DNA of 64,000 bases, from assembly GCA_964057225.1 (NCBI GenBank), contig OZ059900.1:18414001-18478000 (forward strand), in the 5' to 3' direction. Every line of letters starts with the position of its first letter. Within the stretch, counting starts at the first letter, position 1. This DNA comes from Auanema rhodensis. Its lineage: Eukaryota; Animalia; Nematoda. A model generated the notes under the pieces. The model had not been told where the DNA came from and searched no databases. It saw only the letters and a program-made list of their open reading frames with translations. Made by a program: the position numbers and the translations under genes. This document shows positions 28,745 to 44,600 of the stretch, piece by piece.

Positions 28745-31700
28745 AGCATGTAAAATGCTTCATTTTAGTATGTAACACGCTGAAATTCGTTGCATTTGAC
28801 GACTCATATGAACAAAAATCGATTTAATCAATATTAGCCATAAGGGTCGTGCCCTCAGAATATGCTAATTTCCTTAATTTTCTAACCCCTGTTTTTTTGT
28901 CGTGAAAGTGGAACTAGACGTTGTAGGAACAGTTTTGAGCTAGGTTTCATTGACATTGCATGAGTTTGAACACATGAAATCGTAAGTCAAAACCTTGTTT
29001 ACAGCGAAATTTCCAAAAAGTGGTTTTCCAGCATAATAAAATATTTCTCATGGGAAATACTGTGTTTTTGTATTTTTCTAGTGTTCAGCATGTAAAATGC
29101 TTCATTTAAGTATGTGACACGCTGAAATTCGTTGCATTTGACGACTCATATGAACAAAAATCGATTTAATCAATATTAGCCATAAGGGGCGTGCCCTCAG
29201 ATTATGCTAATTTCCTTAATTTTCTAACCCCTGTTTTTTGTCGTGAAAGTGGAACTAGACGTTGTAGGAACAATTTTTAGCTAGGTTTCATTGACATTGC
29301 ATGAGTTTGAACACATGAAATCGTAAGTCAAAACCTTGTTTACAGCGAAATTTCCAAAAACTGGTTTTCCAGCATAATAAAATATTTCTCATGGGAAATA
29401 CTGTGTTTTTGTATTTTTCTAGTGTTCAGCATGCAAAATACTTCATTTTAGTATGTAACACGCTGAAATTCGTTGCATTTGACGACTCATATGAACAAAA
29501 ATCGATTTAATCAATATTAGCCATAAGGGGCGTGCCCTCAGAATATGCTAATTTCCTAAATTTTCTAACCCCTGTTTTTTTGTCGTGAAAGTGGAACTAG
29601 ACGTTGTACGAACAATTTTGAGCTAGGTTTCATTGACATTGCATGAGTTTGAACACATGAAATCGTAAGTCAAAACCTTGTTTACAGCGAAATTTCCAAA
29701 AACTGGTTTTCCAGCATAATAAAATATTTCTCATGGGAAATACTGTGTTTTTGTATTTTTCTAGTGTTCAGCATGTAAAATGCTTCATTTTAGTATGTAA
29801 CACGCTGAAATTCGTTGCATTTGACGACTCATATGAACAAAAATCGATTTAATCAATATTAGCCATAAGGGGCGTGCCCTCAGAATATGCTAATTTCCTT
29901 AATTTTCTAACCCCTGTTTTTTTGTCGTGAAAGTGGAACTAGACGTTGTACGAACAATTTTGAGCTAGGTTTCATTGACATTGCATGAGTTTGAACACAT
30001 GAAATTGTAAGTCAAAACCTTGTTTACAGCGAAAATTCCAAAAACTGGTTTCCAGTATAATAAAATATTTCTCATGGGAAATACTGTGTTTTTGTATTTT
30101 TCTAGTGTTCAGCATGTAAAATGCTTCATTTAAGTATGTAACACGCTGAAATTCGTTGCATTTGACTACTCATATGAACAAAAATCGATTTAATCAATAT
30201 TAGCCATAAGGGGCGTGCCCTCAGAATATGCTAATTTCCTTAATTTTCTAACCCCTGTTTTTTTGTCGTGAAAGTGGAACTAGACGTTGTACAAACAATT
30301 TTGAGCTAGGTTTCATTGACATTGCATGAGTTTGAACACATGAAATCGTAAGTCAAAACCTTGTTTACAGCGAAATTTCCAAAAACTGGTTTTCCAGCAT
30401 AATAAAATATTTCTCATGGGAAATACTGTGTTTTTGTATTTTTCTAGTGTTCAGCATGTAAAATACTTCATTTTAGTATGTAACACGCTGAAATTCGTTG
30501 CATTTGACGACTCATATGAACAAACATCGATTTAATCAATATTAGCCATAAGGGGCGTGCCCTCAGAATATGCTAATTTCCTTAATTTTCTAACCCCTGT
30601 TTTTTTGTCGTGAAAGTGTAACTAGACGTTGTACGAACAATTTTGAGCTAGGTTTCATTGACATTGCATGAGTTTGAACACATGAAATCGTAAGTCAAAA
30701 CCTTGTTTACAGCGAAATTTCCAAAAACTGGTTTTCCAGCATAATAAAATATTTCTTATGGGAAATACTGTGTTTTTGTATTTTTCTAGTGTTCAGCATG
30801 TAAAATACTTCATTTTAGTATGTAACACGCTGAAATTCGTTGCATTTGACGACTCATATGAACAAAAATCGATTTAATCAATATTAGCCATAAGGGGCGT
30901 GCCCTCAGAATATGCTAATTTCCTAAATTTTCTAACCCCTGTTTTTTTGTCGTGAAAGTGGAACCAGACGTTGTACGAACAGTTTTGAGCTAGGTTTCAT
31001 TGACATTGCATGAGTTTGAACACATGAAATCGTAAGTCAAAACCTTGTTTACAGCGAAATTTCCAAAAACTGGTTTTCCAGCATAATAAAATATTTCTCA
31101 TGGGAAAAACTGTGTTTTTGTATTTTTCTAGTGTTCAGCATGTAAAATGCTTCATTTTAGTATGTAACACGCTGAAATTCGTTGCATTTGACGACTCATA
31201 TGAACAAAAATCGATTTAATCAATATTAGCCATAAGGGGCGTGCCCTCAGAATATGCTAATTTCCTAAATTTTCTAACCCCTGTTTTTTTGTCGTGAAAG
31301 TGGAACTAGACGTTGTACGAACAGTTTTGAGCTAGGTTTCATTGACATTGCATGAGTTTGAACACATGAAATCGTAAGTCAAAACCTTGTTTACAGCGAA
31401 AATTCCAAAAACTGGTTTCCAGTATAATAAAATATTTCTCATGGGAAATACTGTGTTTTTGTATTTTTCTAGTGTTCAGCATGTAAAATGCTTCATTTAA
31501 GTATGTAACACGCTGAAATTCGTTGCATTTGACGACTCATATGAACAAAAATCGATTTAATCAATATTAGCCATAAGGGGCGTGCCCTCAGAATATGCTA
31601 ATTTCCTTAATTTTCTAACCCCTGTTTTTTTGTCGTGAAAGTGGAACTAGACGTTGTAGGAACAATTTTGAGCTAGGTTTCATTGACATTGCATGAGTTT

Positions 31701-34700
31701 GAACACATGAAATCGTAAGTCAAAACCTTGTTTACAGCGAAATTTCCAAAAACTCGTTTTCCAGCATAATAAAATATTTCTCATGGGAAATACTGTGTTT
31801 TTGTATTTTTTTAGTGTTCAGCATGTAAAATGCTTCATTTTAGTATGTAACACGCTGAAATTCGTTGCATTTGACGACTCATATGAACAAAAATCGATTT
31901 AATCAATATTAGCCATAAGGGTCGTGCCCTCAGAATATGCTAATTTCCTTAATTTTCTAACCCCTGTTTTTTTGTCGTGAAAGTGGAACTAGACGTTGTA
32001 GGAACAGTTTTGAGCTAGGTTTCATTGACATTGCATGAGTTTGAACACATGAAATCGTAAGTCAAAACCTTGTTTACAGCGAAATTTCCAAAAAGTGGTT
32101 TTCCAGCATAATAAAATATTTCTCATGGGAAATACTGTGTTTTTGTATTTTTCTAGTGTTCAGCATGTAAAATGCTTCATTTAAGTATGTGACACGCTGA
32201 AATTCGTTGCATTTGACGACTCATATGAACAAAAATCGATTTAATCAATATTAGCCATAAGGGGCGTGCCCTCAGAATATGCTAATTTCCTTAATTTTCT
32301 AACCCCTGTTTTTTGTCGTGAAAGTGGAACTAGACGTTGTAGGAACAATTTTTAGCTAGGTTTCATTGACATTGCATGAGTTTGAACACATGAAATCGTA
32401 AGTCAAAACCTTGTTTACAGCGAAATTTCCGAAAACTGGTTTTCCAGCATAATAAAATATTTCTCATGGGAAATACTGTGTTTTTGTATTTTTCTAGTGT
32501 TCAGCATGCAAAATACTTCATTTTAGTATGTAACACGCTGAAATTCGTTGCATTTGACGACTCATATGAACAAAAATCGATTTAATCAATATTAGCCATA
32601 AGGGGCGTGCCCTCAGAATATGCTAATTTCCTAAATTTTCTAACCCCTGTTTTTTTGTCGTGAAAGTGGAACTAGACGTTGTACGAACAATTTTGAGCTA
32701 GGTTTCATTGACATTGCATGAGTTTGAACACATGAAATCGTAAGTCAAAACCTTGTTTACAGCGAAATTTCCAAAAACTGGTTTTCCAGCATAATAAAAT
32801 ATTTCTCATGGGAAATACTGTGTTTTTGTATTTTTCTAGTGTTCAGCATGTAAAATGCTTCATTTTAGTATGTAACACGCTGAAATTCGTTGCATTTGAC
32901 GACTCATATGAACAAAAATCGATTTAATCAATATTAGCCATAAGGGGCGTGCCCTCAGAATATGCTAATTTCCTTAATTTTCTAACCCCTGTTTTTTTGT
33001 CGTGAAAGTGGAACTAGACGTTGTACGAACAATTTTGAGCTAGGTTTCATTGACATTGCATGAGTTTGAACACATGAAATTGTAAGTCAAAACCTTGTTT
33101 ACAGCGAAAATTCCAAAAACTGGTTTCCAGTATAATAAAATATTTCTCATGGGAAATACTGTGTTTTTGTATTTTTCTAGTGTTCAGCATGTAAAATGCT
33201 TCATTTAAGTATGTAACACGCTGAAATTCGTTGCATTTGACTACTCATATGAACAAAAATCGATTTAATCAATATTAGCCATAAGGGGCGTGCCCTCAGA
33301 ATATGCTAATTTCCTTAATTTTCTAACCCCTGTTTTTTTGTCGTGAAAGTGGAACTAGACGTTGTACGAACAATTTTGAGCTAGGTTTCATTGACATTGC
33401 ATGAGTTTGAACACATGAAATCGTAAGTCAAAACCTTGTTTACAGCGAAATTTCCAAAAACTGGTTTTCCAGCATAATAAAATATTTCTCATGGGAAATA
33501 CTGTGTTTTTGTATTTTTCTAGTGTTCAGCATGTAAAATGCTTCATTTTAGTATGTAACACGCTGAAATTCGTTGCATTTGACGACTCATATGAACAAAA
33601 ATCGATTTAATCAATATTAGCCATAAGGGGCGTGCCCTCAGAATATGCTAATTTCCTTAATTTTCTAACCCCTGTTTTTTTGTCGTGAAAGTGGAACTAG
33701 ACGTTGTACGAACAATTTTGAGCTAGGTTTCATTGACATTGCATGAGTTTGAACACATGAAATTGTAAGTCAAAACCTTGTTTACAGCGAAAATTCCAAA
33801 AACTGGTTTCCAGTATAATAAAATATTTCTCATGGGAAATACTGTGTTTTTGTATTTTTCTAGTGTTCAGCATGTAAAATGCTTCATTTTAGTATGTAAC
33901 ACGCTGAAATTCGTTGCATTTGACGACTCATATGAACAAAAATCGATTTAATCAATATTAGCCATAAGGGGCGTGCCCTCAGAATATGCTAATTTCCTTA
34001 ATTTTCTAACCCCTGTTTTTTTGTCGTGAAAGTGGAACTAGACGTTGTAGGAACAGTTTTGAGCTAGGTTTCATTGACATTGCATGAGTTTGAACACATG
34101 AAATCGTAAGTCAAAACCTTGTTTACAGCGAAATTTCCAAAAAGTGGTTTTCCAGCATAATAAAATATTTCTCATGGGAAATACTGTGTTTTTGTATTTT
34201 TCTAGTGTTCAGCATGTAAAATGCTTCATTTTAGTATGTAACACGCTGAAATTCGTTGCATTTGACGACTCATATGAACAAAAATCGATTTAATCAATAT
34301 TAGCCATAAGGGGCGTGCCCTCAGAATATGCTAATTTCCTTAATTTTCTAACCCCTGTTTTTTTGTCGTGAAAGTGGAACTAGACGTTGTACGAACAATT
34401 TTGAGCTAGGTTTCATTGACATTGCATGAGTTTGAACACATGAAATTGTAAGTCAAAACCTTGTTTACAGCGAAAATTCCAAAAACTGGTTTCCAGTATA
34501 ATAAAATATTTCTCATGGGAAATACTGTGTTTTTGTATTTTTCTAGTGTTCAGCATGTAAAATGCTTCATTTAAGTATGTAACACGCTGAAATTCGTTGC
34601 ATTTGACTACTCATATGAACAAAAATCGATTTAATCAATATTAGCCATAAGGGGCGTGCCCTCAGAATATGCTAATTTCCTTAATTTTCTAACCCCTGTT

Positions 34701-37700
34701 TTTTTGTCGTGAAAGTGGAACTAGACGTTGTACGAACAATTTTGAGCTAGGTTTCATTGACATTGCATGAGTTTGAACACATGAAATCGTAAGTCAAAAC
34801 CTTGTTTACAGCGAAATTTCCAAAAACTGGTTTTCCAGCATAATAAAATATTTCTCATGGGAAATACTGTGTTTTTGTATTTTTCTAGTGTTCAGCATGT
34901 AAAATGCTTCATTTTAGTATGTAACACGCTGAAATTCGTTGCATTTGACGACTCATATGAACAAAAATCGATTTAATCAATATTAGCCATAAGGGGCGTG
35001 CCCTCAGAATATGCTAATTTCCTTAATTTTCTAACCCCTGTTTTTTTGTCGTGAAAGTGGAACTAGACGTTGTACGAACAATTTTGAGCTAGGTTTCATT
35101 GACATTGCATGAGTTTGAACACATGAAATTGTAAGTCAAAACCTTGTTTACAGCGAAAATTCCAAAAACTGGTTTCCAGTATAATAAAATATTTCTCATG
35201 GGAAATACTGTGTTTTTGTATTTTTCTAGTGTTCAGCATGTAAAATGCTTCATTTAAGTATGTAACACGCTGAAATTCGTTGCATTTGACTACTCATATG
35301 AACAAAAATCGATTTAATCAATATTAGCCATAAGGGGCGTGCCCTCAGAATATGCTAATTTCCTTAATTTTCTAACCCCTGTTTTTTTGTCGTGAAAGTG
35401 GAACTAGACGTTGTACAAACAATTTTGAGCTAGGTTTCATTGACATTGCATGAGTTTGAACACATGAAATCGTAAGTCAAAACCTTGTTTACAGCGAAAT
35501 TTCCAAAAACTGGTTTTCCAGCATAATAAAATATTTCTCATGGGAAATACTGTGTTTTTGTATTTTTCTAGTGTTCAGCATGTAAAATACTTCATTTTAG
35601 TATGGAACACGCTGAAATTCGTTGCATTTGACGACTCATATGAACAAACATCGATTTAATCAATATTAGCCATAAGGGGCGTGCCCTCAGAATATGCTAA
35701 TTTCCTTAATTTTCTAACCCCTGTTTTTTTGTCGTGAAAGTGGAACTAGACGTTGTACGAACAATTTTGAGCTAGGTTTCATTGACATTGCATGAGTTTG
35801 AACACATGAAATTGTAAGTCAAAACCTTGTTTACAGCGAAAATTCCAAAAACTGGTTTCCAGTATAATAAAATATTTCTCATGGGAAATACTGTGTTTTT
35901 GTATTTTTCTAGTGTTCAGCATGTAAAATGCTTCATTTAAGTATGTAACACGCTGAAATTCGTTGCATTTGACTACTCATATGAACAAAAATCGATTTAA
36001 TCAATATTAGCCATAAGGGGCGTGCCCTCAGAATATGCTAATTTCCTTAATTTTCTAACCCCTGTTTTTTTGTCGTGAAAGTGGAACTAGACGTTGTACG
36101 AACAATTTTGAGCTAGGTTTCATTGACATTGCATGAGTTTGAACACATGAAATCGTAAGTCAAAACCTTGTTTACAGCGAAATTTCCAAAAACTGGTTTT
36201 CCAGCATAATAAAATATTTCTCATGGGAAATACTGTGTTTTTGTATTTTTCTAGTGTTCAGCATGTAAAATGCTTCATTTTAGTATGTAACACGCTGAAA
36301 TTCGTTGCATTTGACGACTCATATGAACAAAAATCGATTTAATCAATATTAGCCATAAGGGGCGTGCCCTCAGAATATGCTAATTTCCTTAATTTTCTAA
36401 CCCCTGTTTTTTTGTCGTGAAAGTGGAACTAGACGTTGTACGAACAATTTTGAGCTAGGTTTCATTGACATTGCATGAGTTTGAACACATGAAATTGTAA
36501 GTCAAAACCTTGTTTACAGCGAAAATTCCAAAAACTGGTTTCCAGTATAATAAAATATTTCTCATGGGAAATACTGTGTTTTTGTATTTTTCTAGTGTTC
36601 AGCATGTAAAATGCTTCATTTAAGTATGTAACACGCTGAAATTCGTTGCATTTGACTACTCATATGAACAAAAATCGATTTAATCAATATTAGCCATAAG
36701 GGGCGTGCCCTCAGAATATGCTAATTTCCTTAATTTTCTAACCCCTGTTTTTTTGTCGTGAAAGTGGAACTAGACGTTGTACAAACAATTTTGAGCTAGG
36801 TTTCATTGACATTGCATGAGTTTGAACACATGAAATCGTAAGTCAAAACCTTGTTTACAGCGAAATTTCCAAAAACTGGTTTTCCAGCATAATAAAATAT
36901 TTCTCATGGGAAATACTGTGTTTTTGTATTTTTCTAGTGTTCAGCATGTAAAATACTTCATTTTAGTATGGAACACGCTGAAATTCGTTGCATTTGACGA
37001 CTCATATGAACAAACATCGATTTAATCAATATTAGCCATAAGGGGCGTGCCCTCAGAATATGCTAATTTCCTTAATTTTCTAACCCCTGTTTTTTTGTCG
37101 TGAAAGTGTAACTAGACGTTGTACGAACAATTTTGAGCTAGGTTTCATTGACATTGCATGAGTTTGAACACATGAAATCGTAAGTCAAAACCTTGTTTAC
37201 AGCGAAATTTCCAAAAACTGGTTTTCCAGCATAATAAAATATTTCTTATGGGAAATACTGTGTTTTTGTATTTTTCTAGTGTTCAGCATGTAAAATACTT
37301 CATTTTAGTATGTAACACGCTGAAATTCGTTGCATTTGACGACTCATATGAACAAACATCGATTTAATCAATATTAGCCATAAGGGGCGTGCCCTCAGAA
37401 TATGCTAATTTCCTAAATTTTCTAACCCCTGTTTTTTTGTCGTGAAAGTGGAACCAGACGTTGTACGAACAGTTTTGAGCTAGGTTTCATTGACATTGCA
37501 TGAGTTTGAACACATGAAATCGTAAGTCAAAACCTTGTTTACAGCGAAATTTCCAAAAACTGGTTTTCCAGCATAATAAAATATTTCTCATGGGAAAAAC
37601 TGTGTTTTTGTATTTTTCTAGTGTTCAGCATGTAAAATGCTTCATTTTAGTATGTAACACGCTGAAATTCGTTGCATTTGACGACTCATATGAACAAAAA

Positions 37701-38350
37701 TCGATTTAATCAATATTAGCCATAAGGGGCGTGCCCTCAGAATATGCTAATTTCCTAAATTTTCTAACCCCTGTTTTTTTGTCGTGAAAGTGGAACTAGA
37801 CGTTGTACGAACAGTTTTGAGCTAGGTTTCATTGACATTGCATGAGTTTGAACACATGAAATCGTAAGTCAAAACCTTGTTTACAGCGAAAATTCCAAAA
37901 ACTGGTTTCCAGTATAATAAAATATTTCTCATGGGAAATACTGTGTTTTTGTATTTTTCTAGTGTTCAGCATGTAAAATGCTTCATTTAAGTATGTAACA
38001 CGCTGAAATTCGTTGCATTTGACGACTCATATGAACAAAAATCGATTTAATCAATATTAGCCATAAGGGGCGTGCCCTCAGAATATGCTAATTTCCTTAA
38101 TTTTCTAACCCCTGTTTTTTTGTCGTGAAAGTGGAACTAGACGTTGTAGGAACAATTTTGAGCTAGGTTTCATTGACATTGCATGAGTTTGAACACATGA
38201 AATCGTAAGTCAAAACCTTGTTTACAGCGAAATTTCCAAAAACTCGTTTTCCAGCATAATAAAATATTTCTCATGGGAAATACTGTGTTTTTGTATTTTT
38301 TTAGTGTTCAGCATGTAAAATGCTTCATTTTAGTATGTAACACGCTGAAA
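28745..38350 (-). repeat. Duplicated 9-mer whose second copy is internally expanded by five dimers
   Basis: Rare markers AAGGGTCG (28847/31922), TGTGACAC and ATGCAAAATA recur at +3075. Later markers GTACAAAC (30291/36781), GTGTAAC and GAACCAGAC recur at +6490 (3075 + 5 x 683). Confidence 0.85.
32800..36900 (-). repeat. Local 2-mer higher-order repeat, 683-bp period, 6 copies
   Basis: The GAAATTGTAAG variant, linked to GAAAATTCC and GGTTTCCAGT (1-bp deletion), lies at 33081, 33764, 34447, 35130, 35813 and 36496. Confidence 0.88.
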
Positions 38351-41300
38351 TTAATTGCATTTGACGACTCATATGAACAAAAATCGATTTAATCAATATT
38401 AGCCATAAGGGGCGTGCCCTCAGAATATGCTAATTTCCTTAATTTTCTAACCCCTGTTTTTTTGTCGTGAAAGTGGAACTAGACGTTGTACGAACAATTT
38501 TGAGCTAGGTTTCATTGACATTGCATGAGTTTGAACACATGAAATCGTAAGTCAAAACCTTGTTTACAGCGAACTTTCCAAAAACTGGTTTTCCAGCATA
38601 ATAAAATATTTCTCATGGGAAATACTGTGTTTTTGTATTTTTTTAGTGTTCAGCATGTAAAATGCTTCATTTTAGTATGTAACACGCTGAAATTAATTGC
38701 ATTTGACGACTCATATGAACAAAAATCGATTTAATCAATATTAGCCATAAGGGGCGTGCCCTCAGAATATGCTAATTTCCTTAATTTTCTAACCCCTGTT
38801 TTTTTGTCGTGAAAGTGGAACTAGACGTTGTACGAACAATTTTGAGCTAGGTTTCATTGACATTGCATGAGTTTGAACACATGAAATCGTAAGTCAAAAC
38901 CTTGTTTACAGCGAACTTTCCAAAAACTGGTTTTCCAGCATAATAAAATATTTCTCATGGGAAATACTGTGTTTTTGTATTTTTCTAGTGTTCAGCATGT
39001 AAAATGCTTCATTTTAGTATGTAACACGCTGAAATTCGTTGCATTTGACGACTCATATGAACAAAAATCGATTTAATCAATATTAGCCATAAGGGGCGTG
39101 CCCTCAGAATATGCTAATTTCCTTAATTTTCTAACCCCTGTTTTTTGTCGTGAAAGTGGAACTAGACGTTGTAGGAACAATTTTGAGCTAGGTTTCATTG
39201 ACATTGCATGAGTTTGAACACATGAAATCGTAAGTCAAAACCTTGTTTACAGCGAAATTTCCAAAAACTGGTTTTCCAGCATAATAAAATATTTCTCATG
39301 GGAAATACTGTGTTTTTGTATTTTTCTAGTGTTCAGCATGTAAAATACTTCATTTTAGTATGTAACACGCTGAAATTCGTTGCATTTGACGACTCATATG
39401 AACAAAAATCGATTTAATCAATATTAGCCATAAGGGGCGTGCCCTCAGAATATGCTAATTTCCTTAATTTTCTAACCCCTGTTTTTTTGTCGTGAAAGTG
39501 GAATTAGACGTTGTAGGAACAATTTTGAGCTAGGTTTCATTGACATTGCATGAGTTTGAACACATGAAATCGTAAGTCAAAACCTTGTTTACAGCGAAAC
39601 TTCCAAAAACTGGTTTTCCAGCATAATAAAATATTTCTCATGGGAAATACTGTGTTTTTGTATTTTTCTAGTGTTCAGCATGTAAAATACTTCATTTTAG
39701 TATGTAACACGATGAAATTCGTTGCATTTGACGACTCATATGAACAAAAATCGATTTAATCAATATTAGCCATAAGGGGCGTGCCCTCAGAATATGCTAA
39801 TTTCCTAAATTTTCTAACCCCTGTTTTTTTGTCGTGAAAGTGGAACTAGACGTTGTACGAACAATTTTGAGCTAGGTTTCATTGACATTGCATGAGTTTG
39901 AACACATGAAATCGTAAGTCAAAACCTTGTTTACAGCGAAATTTCCAAAAACTGGTTTTCCAGCATAATAAAATATTTCTCATGGGAAAAACTGTGTTTT
40001 TGTATTTTTCTAGTGTTCAGCATGTAAAATGCTTCATTTTAGTATGTAACACGCTGAAATTCGTTGCATTTGACGACTCATATGAACAAAAATCGATTTA
40101 ATCAATATTAGCCATAAGGGGCGTGCCCTCAGAATATGCTAATTTCCTAAATTTTCTAACCCCTGTTTTTTTGTCGTGAAAGTGGAACTAGACGTTGTAG
40201 GAACAATTTTGAGCTAGGTTTCATTGACATTGCATGAGTTTGAACACATGAAATCGTAAGTCAAAACCTTGTTTACAGCGAAAATTCCAAAAACTGGTTT
40301 CCAGTATAATAAAATATTTCTCATGGGAAATACTGTGTTTTTGTATTTTTCTAGTGTTCAGCATGTAAAATGCTTCATTTAAGTATGTAACACGCTGAAA
40401 TTAATTGCATTTGACGACTCATATGAACAAAAATCGATTTAATCAATATTAGCCATAAGGGGCGTGCCCTCAGAATATGCTAATTTCCTTAATTTTCTAA
40501 CCCCTGTTTTTTTGTCGTGAAAGTGGAACTAGACGTTGTACGAACAATTTTGAGCTAGGTTTCATTGACATTGCATGAGTTTGAACACATGAAATCGTAA
40601 GTCAAAACCTTGTTTACAGCGAAAATTCCAAAAACTGGTTTCCAGTATAATAAAATATTTCTTATGGGAAATACTGTGTTTTTGTACTTTTCTAGTGTTC
40701 AGCATGTAAAATACTTCATTTTAGTATGTAACACGCTGAAATTCGTTGCATTTGACGACTCATATGAACAAAAATCGATTTAATCAATATTAGCCATAAG
40801 GGGCGTGCCCTCAGAATATGCTAATTTCCTAAATTTTCTCACCCCTGTTTTTTTGTCGTGAAAGTGGAACTAGACGTTGTACGAACAGTTTTGAGCTAGG
40901 TTTCATTGACATTGCATGAGTTTGAACACATGAAATCGTAAGTCAAAACCTTGTTTACAGCGAAAATTCCAAAAACTGGTTTCCAGTATAATAAAATATT
41001 TCTCATGGGAAATACTGTGTTTTTGTATTTTTCTAGTGTTCAGCATGTAAAATGCTTCATTTAAGTATGTAACACGCTGAAATTCGTTGCATTTGACGAC
41101 TCATATGAACAAAAATCGATTTAATCAATATTAGCCATAAGGGGCGTGCCCTCAGAATATGCTAATTTCCTTAATTTTCTAACCCCTGTTTTTTTGTCGT
41201 GAAAGTGGAACTAGACGTTGTAGGAACAATTTTGAGCTAGGTTTCATTGACATTGCATGAGTTTGAACACATGAAATCGTAAGTCAAAACCTTGTTTACA

Positions 41301-41699
41301 GCGAAATTTCCAAAAACTCGTTTTCCAGCATAATAAAATATTTCTCATGGGAAATACTGTGTTTTTGTATTTTTTTAGTGTTCAGCATGTAAAATGCTTC
41401 ATTTTAGTATGTAACACGCTGAAATTAATTGCATTTGACGACTCATATGAACAAAAATCGATTTAATCAATATTAGCCATAAGGGGCGTGCCCTCAGAGT
41501 ATGCTAATTTCCTAAATTTTCTAACCCCTGTTTTTTTGTCGTGAAAGTGGAACTAGACGTTGTACGAACAGTTTTGAGCTAGGTTTCATTGACATTGCAT
41601 GAGTTTGAACACATGAAATCGTAAGTCAAAACCTTGTTTACAGCGAAAATTCCAAAAACTGGTTTCCAGTATAATAAAATATTTCTCATGGGAAATACT

Positions 41700-44600
41700 G
41701 TGTTTTTGTATTTTTCTAGTGTTCAGCATGTAAAATGCTTCATTTAAGTATGTAACACGCTGAAATTCGTTGCATTTGACGACTCATATGAACAAAAATC
41801 GATTTAATCAATATTAGCCATAAGGGGCGTGCCCTCAGAATATGCTAATTTCCTTAATTTTCTAACCCCTGTTTTTTTGTCGTGAAAGTGGAACTAGACG
41901 TTGTAGGAACAATTTTGAGCTAGGTTTCATTGACATTGCATGAGTTTGAACACATGAAATCGTAAGTCAAAACCTTGTTTACAGCGAAATTTCCAAAAAC
42001 TCGTTTTCCAGCATAATAAAATATTTCTCATGGGAAATACTGTGTTTTTGTATTTTTTTAGTGTTCAGCATGTAAAATGCTTCATTTTAGTATGTAACAC
42101 GCTGAAATTAATTGCATTTGACGACTCATATGAACAAAAATCGATTTAATCAATATTAGCCATAAGGGGCGTGCCCTCAGAATATGCTAATTTCCTTAAT
42201 TTTCTAACCCCTGTTTTTTTGTCGTGAAAGTGGAACTAGACGTTGTACGAACAATTTTGAGCTAGGTTTCATTGACATTGCATGAGTTTGAACACATGAA
42301 ATCGTAAGTCAAAACCTTGTTTACAGCGAACTTTCCAAAAACTGGTTTTCCAGCATAATAAAATATTTCTCATGGGAAATACTGTGTTTTTGTATTTTTT
42401 TAGTGTTCAGCATGTAAAATGCTTCATTTTAGTATGTAACACGCTGAAATTAATTGCATTTGACGACTCATATGAACAAAAATCGATTTAATCAATATTA
42501 GCCATAAGGGGCGTGCCCTCAGAATATGCTAATTTCCTTAATTTTCTAACCCCTGTTTTTTTGTCGTGAAAGTGGAACTAGACGTTGTACGAACAATTTT
42601 GAGCTAGGTTTCATTGACATTGCATGAGTTTGAACACATGAAATCGTAAGTCAAAACCTTGTTTACAGCGAACTTTCCAAAAACTGGTTTTCCAGCATAA
42701 TAAAATATTTCTCATGGGAAATACTGTGTTTTTGTATTTTTTTAGTGTTCAGCATGTAAAATGCTTCATTTTAGTATGTAACACGCTGAAATTAATTGCA
42801 TTTGACGACTCATATGAACAAAAATCGATTTAATCAATATTAGCCATAAGGGGCGTGCCCTCAGAATATGCTAATTTCCTTAATTTTCTAACCCCTGTTT
42901 TTTTGTCGTGAAAGTGGAACTAGACGTTGTACGAACAATTTTGAGCTAGGTTTCATTGACATTGCATGAGTTTGAACACATGAAATCGTAAGTCAAAACC
43001 TTGTTTACAGCGAACTTTCCAAAAACTGGTTTTCCAGCATAATAAAATATTTCTCATGGGAAATACTGTGTTTTTGTATTTTTCTAGTGTTCAGCATGTA
43101 AAATGCTTCATTTTAGTATGTAACACGCTGAAATTCGTTGCATTTGACGACTCATATGAACAAAAATCGATTTAATCAATATTAGCCATAAGGGGCGTGC
43201 CCTCAGAATATGCTAATTTCCTTAATTTTCTAACCCCTGTTTTTTTGTCGTGAAAGTGGAACTAGACGTTGTACGAACAATTTTGAGCTAGGTTTCATTG
43301 ACATTGCATGAGTTTGAACACATGAAATCGTAAGTCAAAACCTTGTTTACAGCGAAATTTCCAAAAACTGGTTTTCCAGCATAATAAAATATTTCTCATG
43401 GGAAAAACTGTGTTTTTGTATTTTTCTAGTGTTCAGCATGTAAAATGCTTCATTTAAGTATGTAACACGCTGAAATTCGTTGCATTTGACGACTCATATG
43501 AACAAAAATCGATTTAATCAATATTAGCCATAAGGGGCGTGCCCTCAGAATATGCTAATTTCCTTAATTTTCTAACCCCTGTTTTTTTGTCGTGAAAGTG
43601 GAACTAGACGTTGTAGGAAGAATTTTGAGCTAGGTTTCATTGACATTGCATGAGTTTGAACACATGAAATCGTAAGTCAAAACCTTGTTTACAGCGAAAT
43701 TTCCAAAAACTCGTTTTCCAGCATAATAAAATATTTCTCATGGGAAATACTGTGTTTTTGTATTTTTTTAGTGTTCAGCATGTAAAATGCTTCATTTTAG
43801 TATGTAACACGCTGAAATTAATTGCATTTGACGACTCATATGAACAAAAATCGATTTAATCAATATTAGCCATAAGGGGCGTGCCCTCAGAATATGCTAA
43901 TTTCCTTAATTTTCTAACCCCTGTTTTTTTGTCGTGAAAGTGGAACTAGACGTTGTACGAACAATTTTGAGCTAGGTTTCATTGACATTGCATGAGTTTG
44001 AACACATGAAATCGTAAGTCAAAACCTTGTTTACAGCGAACTTTCCAAAAACTGGTTTTCCAGCATAATAAAATATTTCTCATGGGAAATACTGTGTTTT
44101 TGTATTTTTTTAGTGTTCAGCATGTAAAATGCTTCATTTTAGTATGTAACACGCTGAAATTAATTGCATTTGACGACTCATATGAACAAAAATCGATTTA
44201 ATCAATATTAGCCATAAGGGGCGTGCCCTCAGAATATGCTAATTTCCTTAATTTTCTAACCCCTGTTTTTTTGTCGTGAAAGTGGAACTAGACGTTGTAC
44301 GAACAATTTTGAGCTAGGTTTCATTGACATTGCATGAGTTTGAACACATGAAATCGTAAGTCAAAACCTTGTTTACAGCGAACTTTCCAAAAACTGGTTT
44401 TCCAGCATAATAAAATATTTCTCATGGGAAATACTGTGTTTTTGTATTTTTTTAGTGTTCAGCATGTAAAATGCTTCATTTTAGTATGTAACACGCTGAA
44501 ATTAATTGCATTTGACGACTCATATGAACAAAAATCGATTTAATCAATATTAGCCATAAGGGGCGTGCCCTCAGAATATGCTAATTTCCTTAATTTTCTA

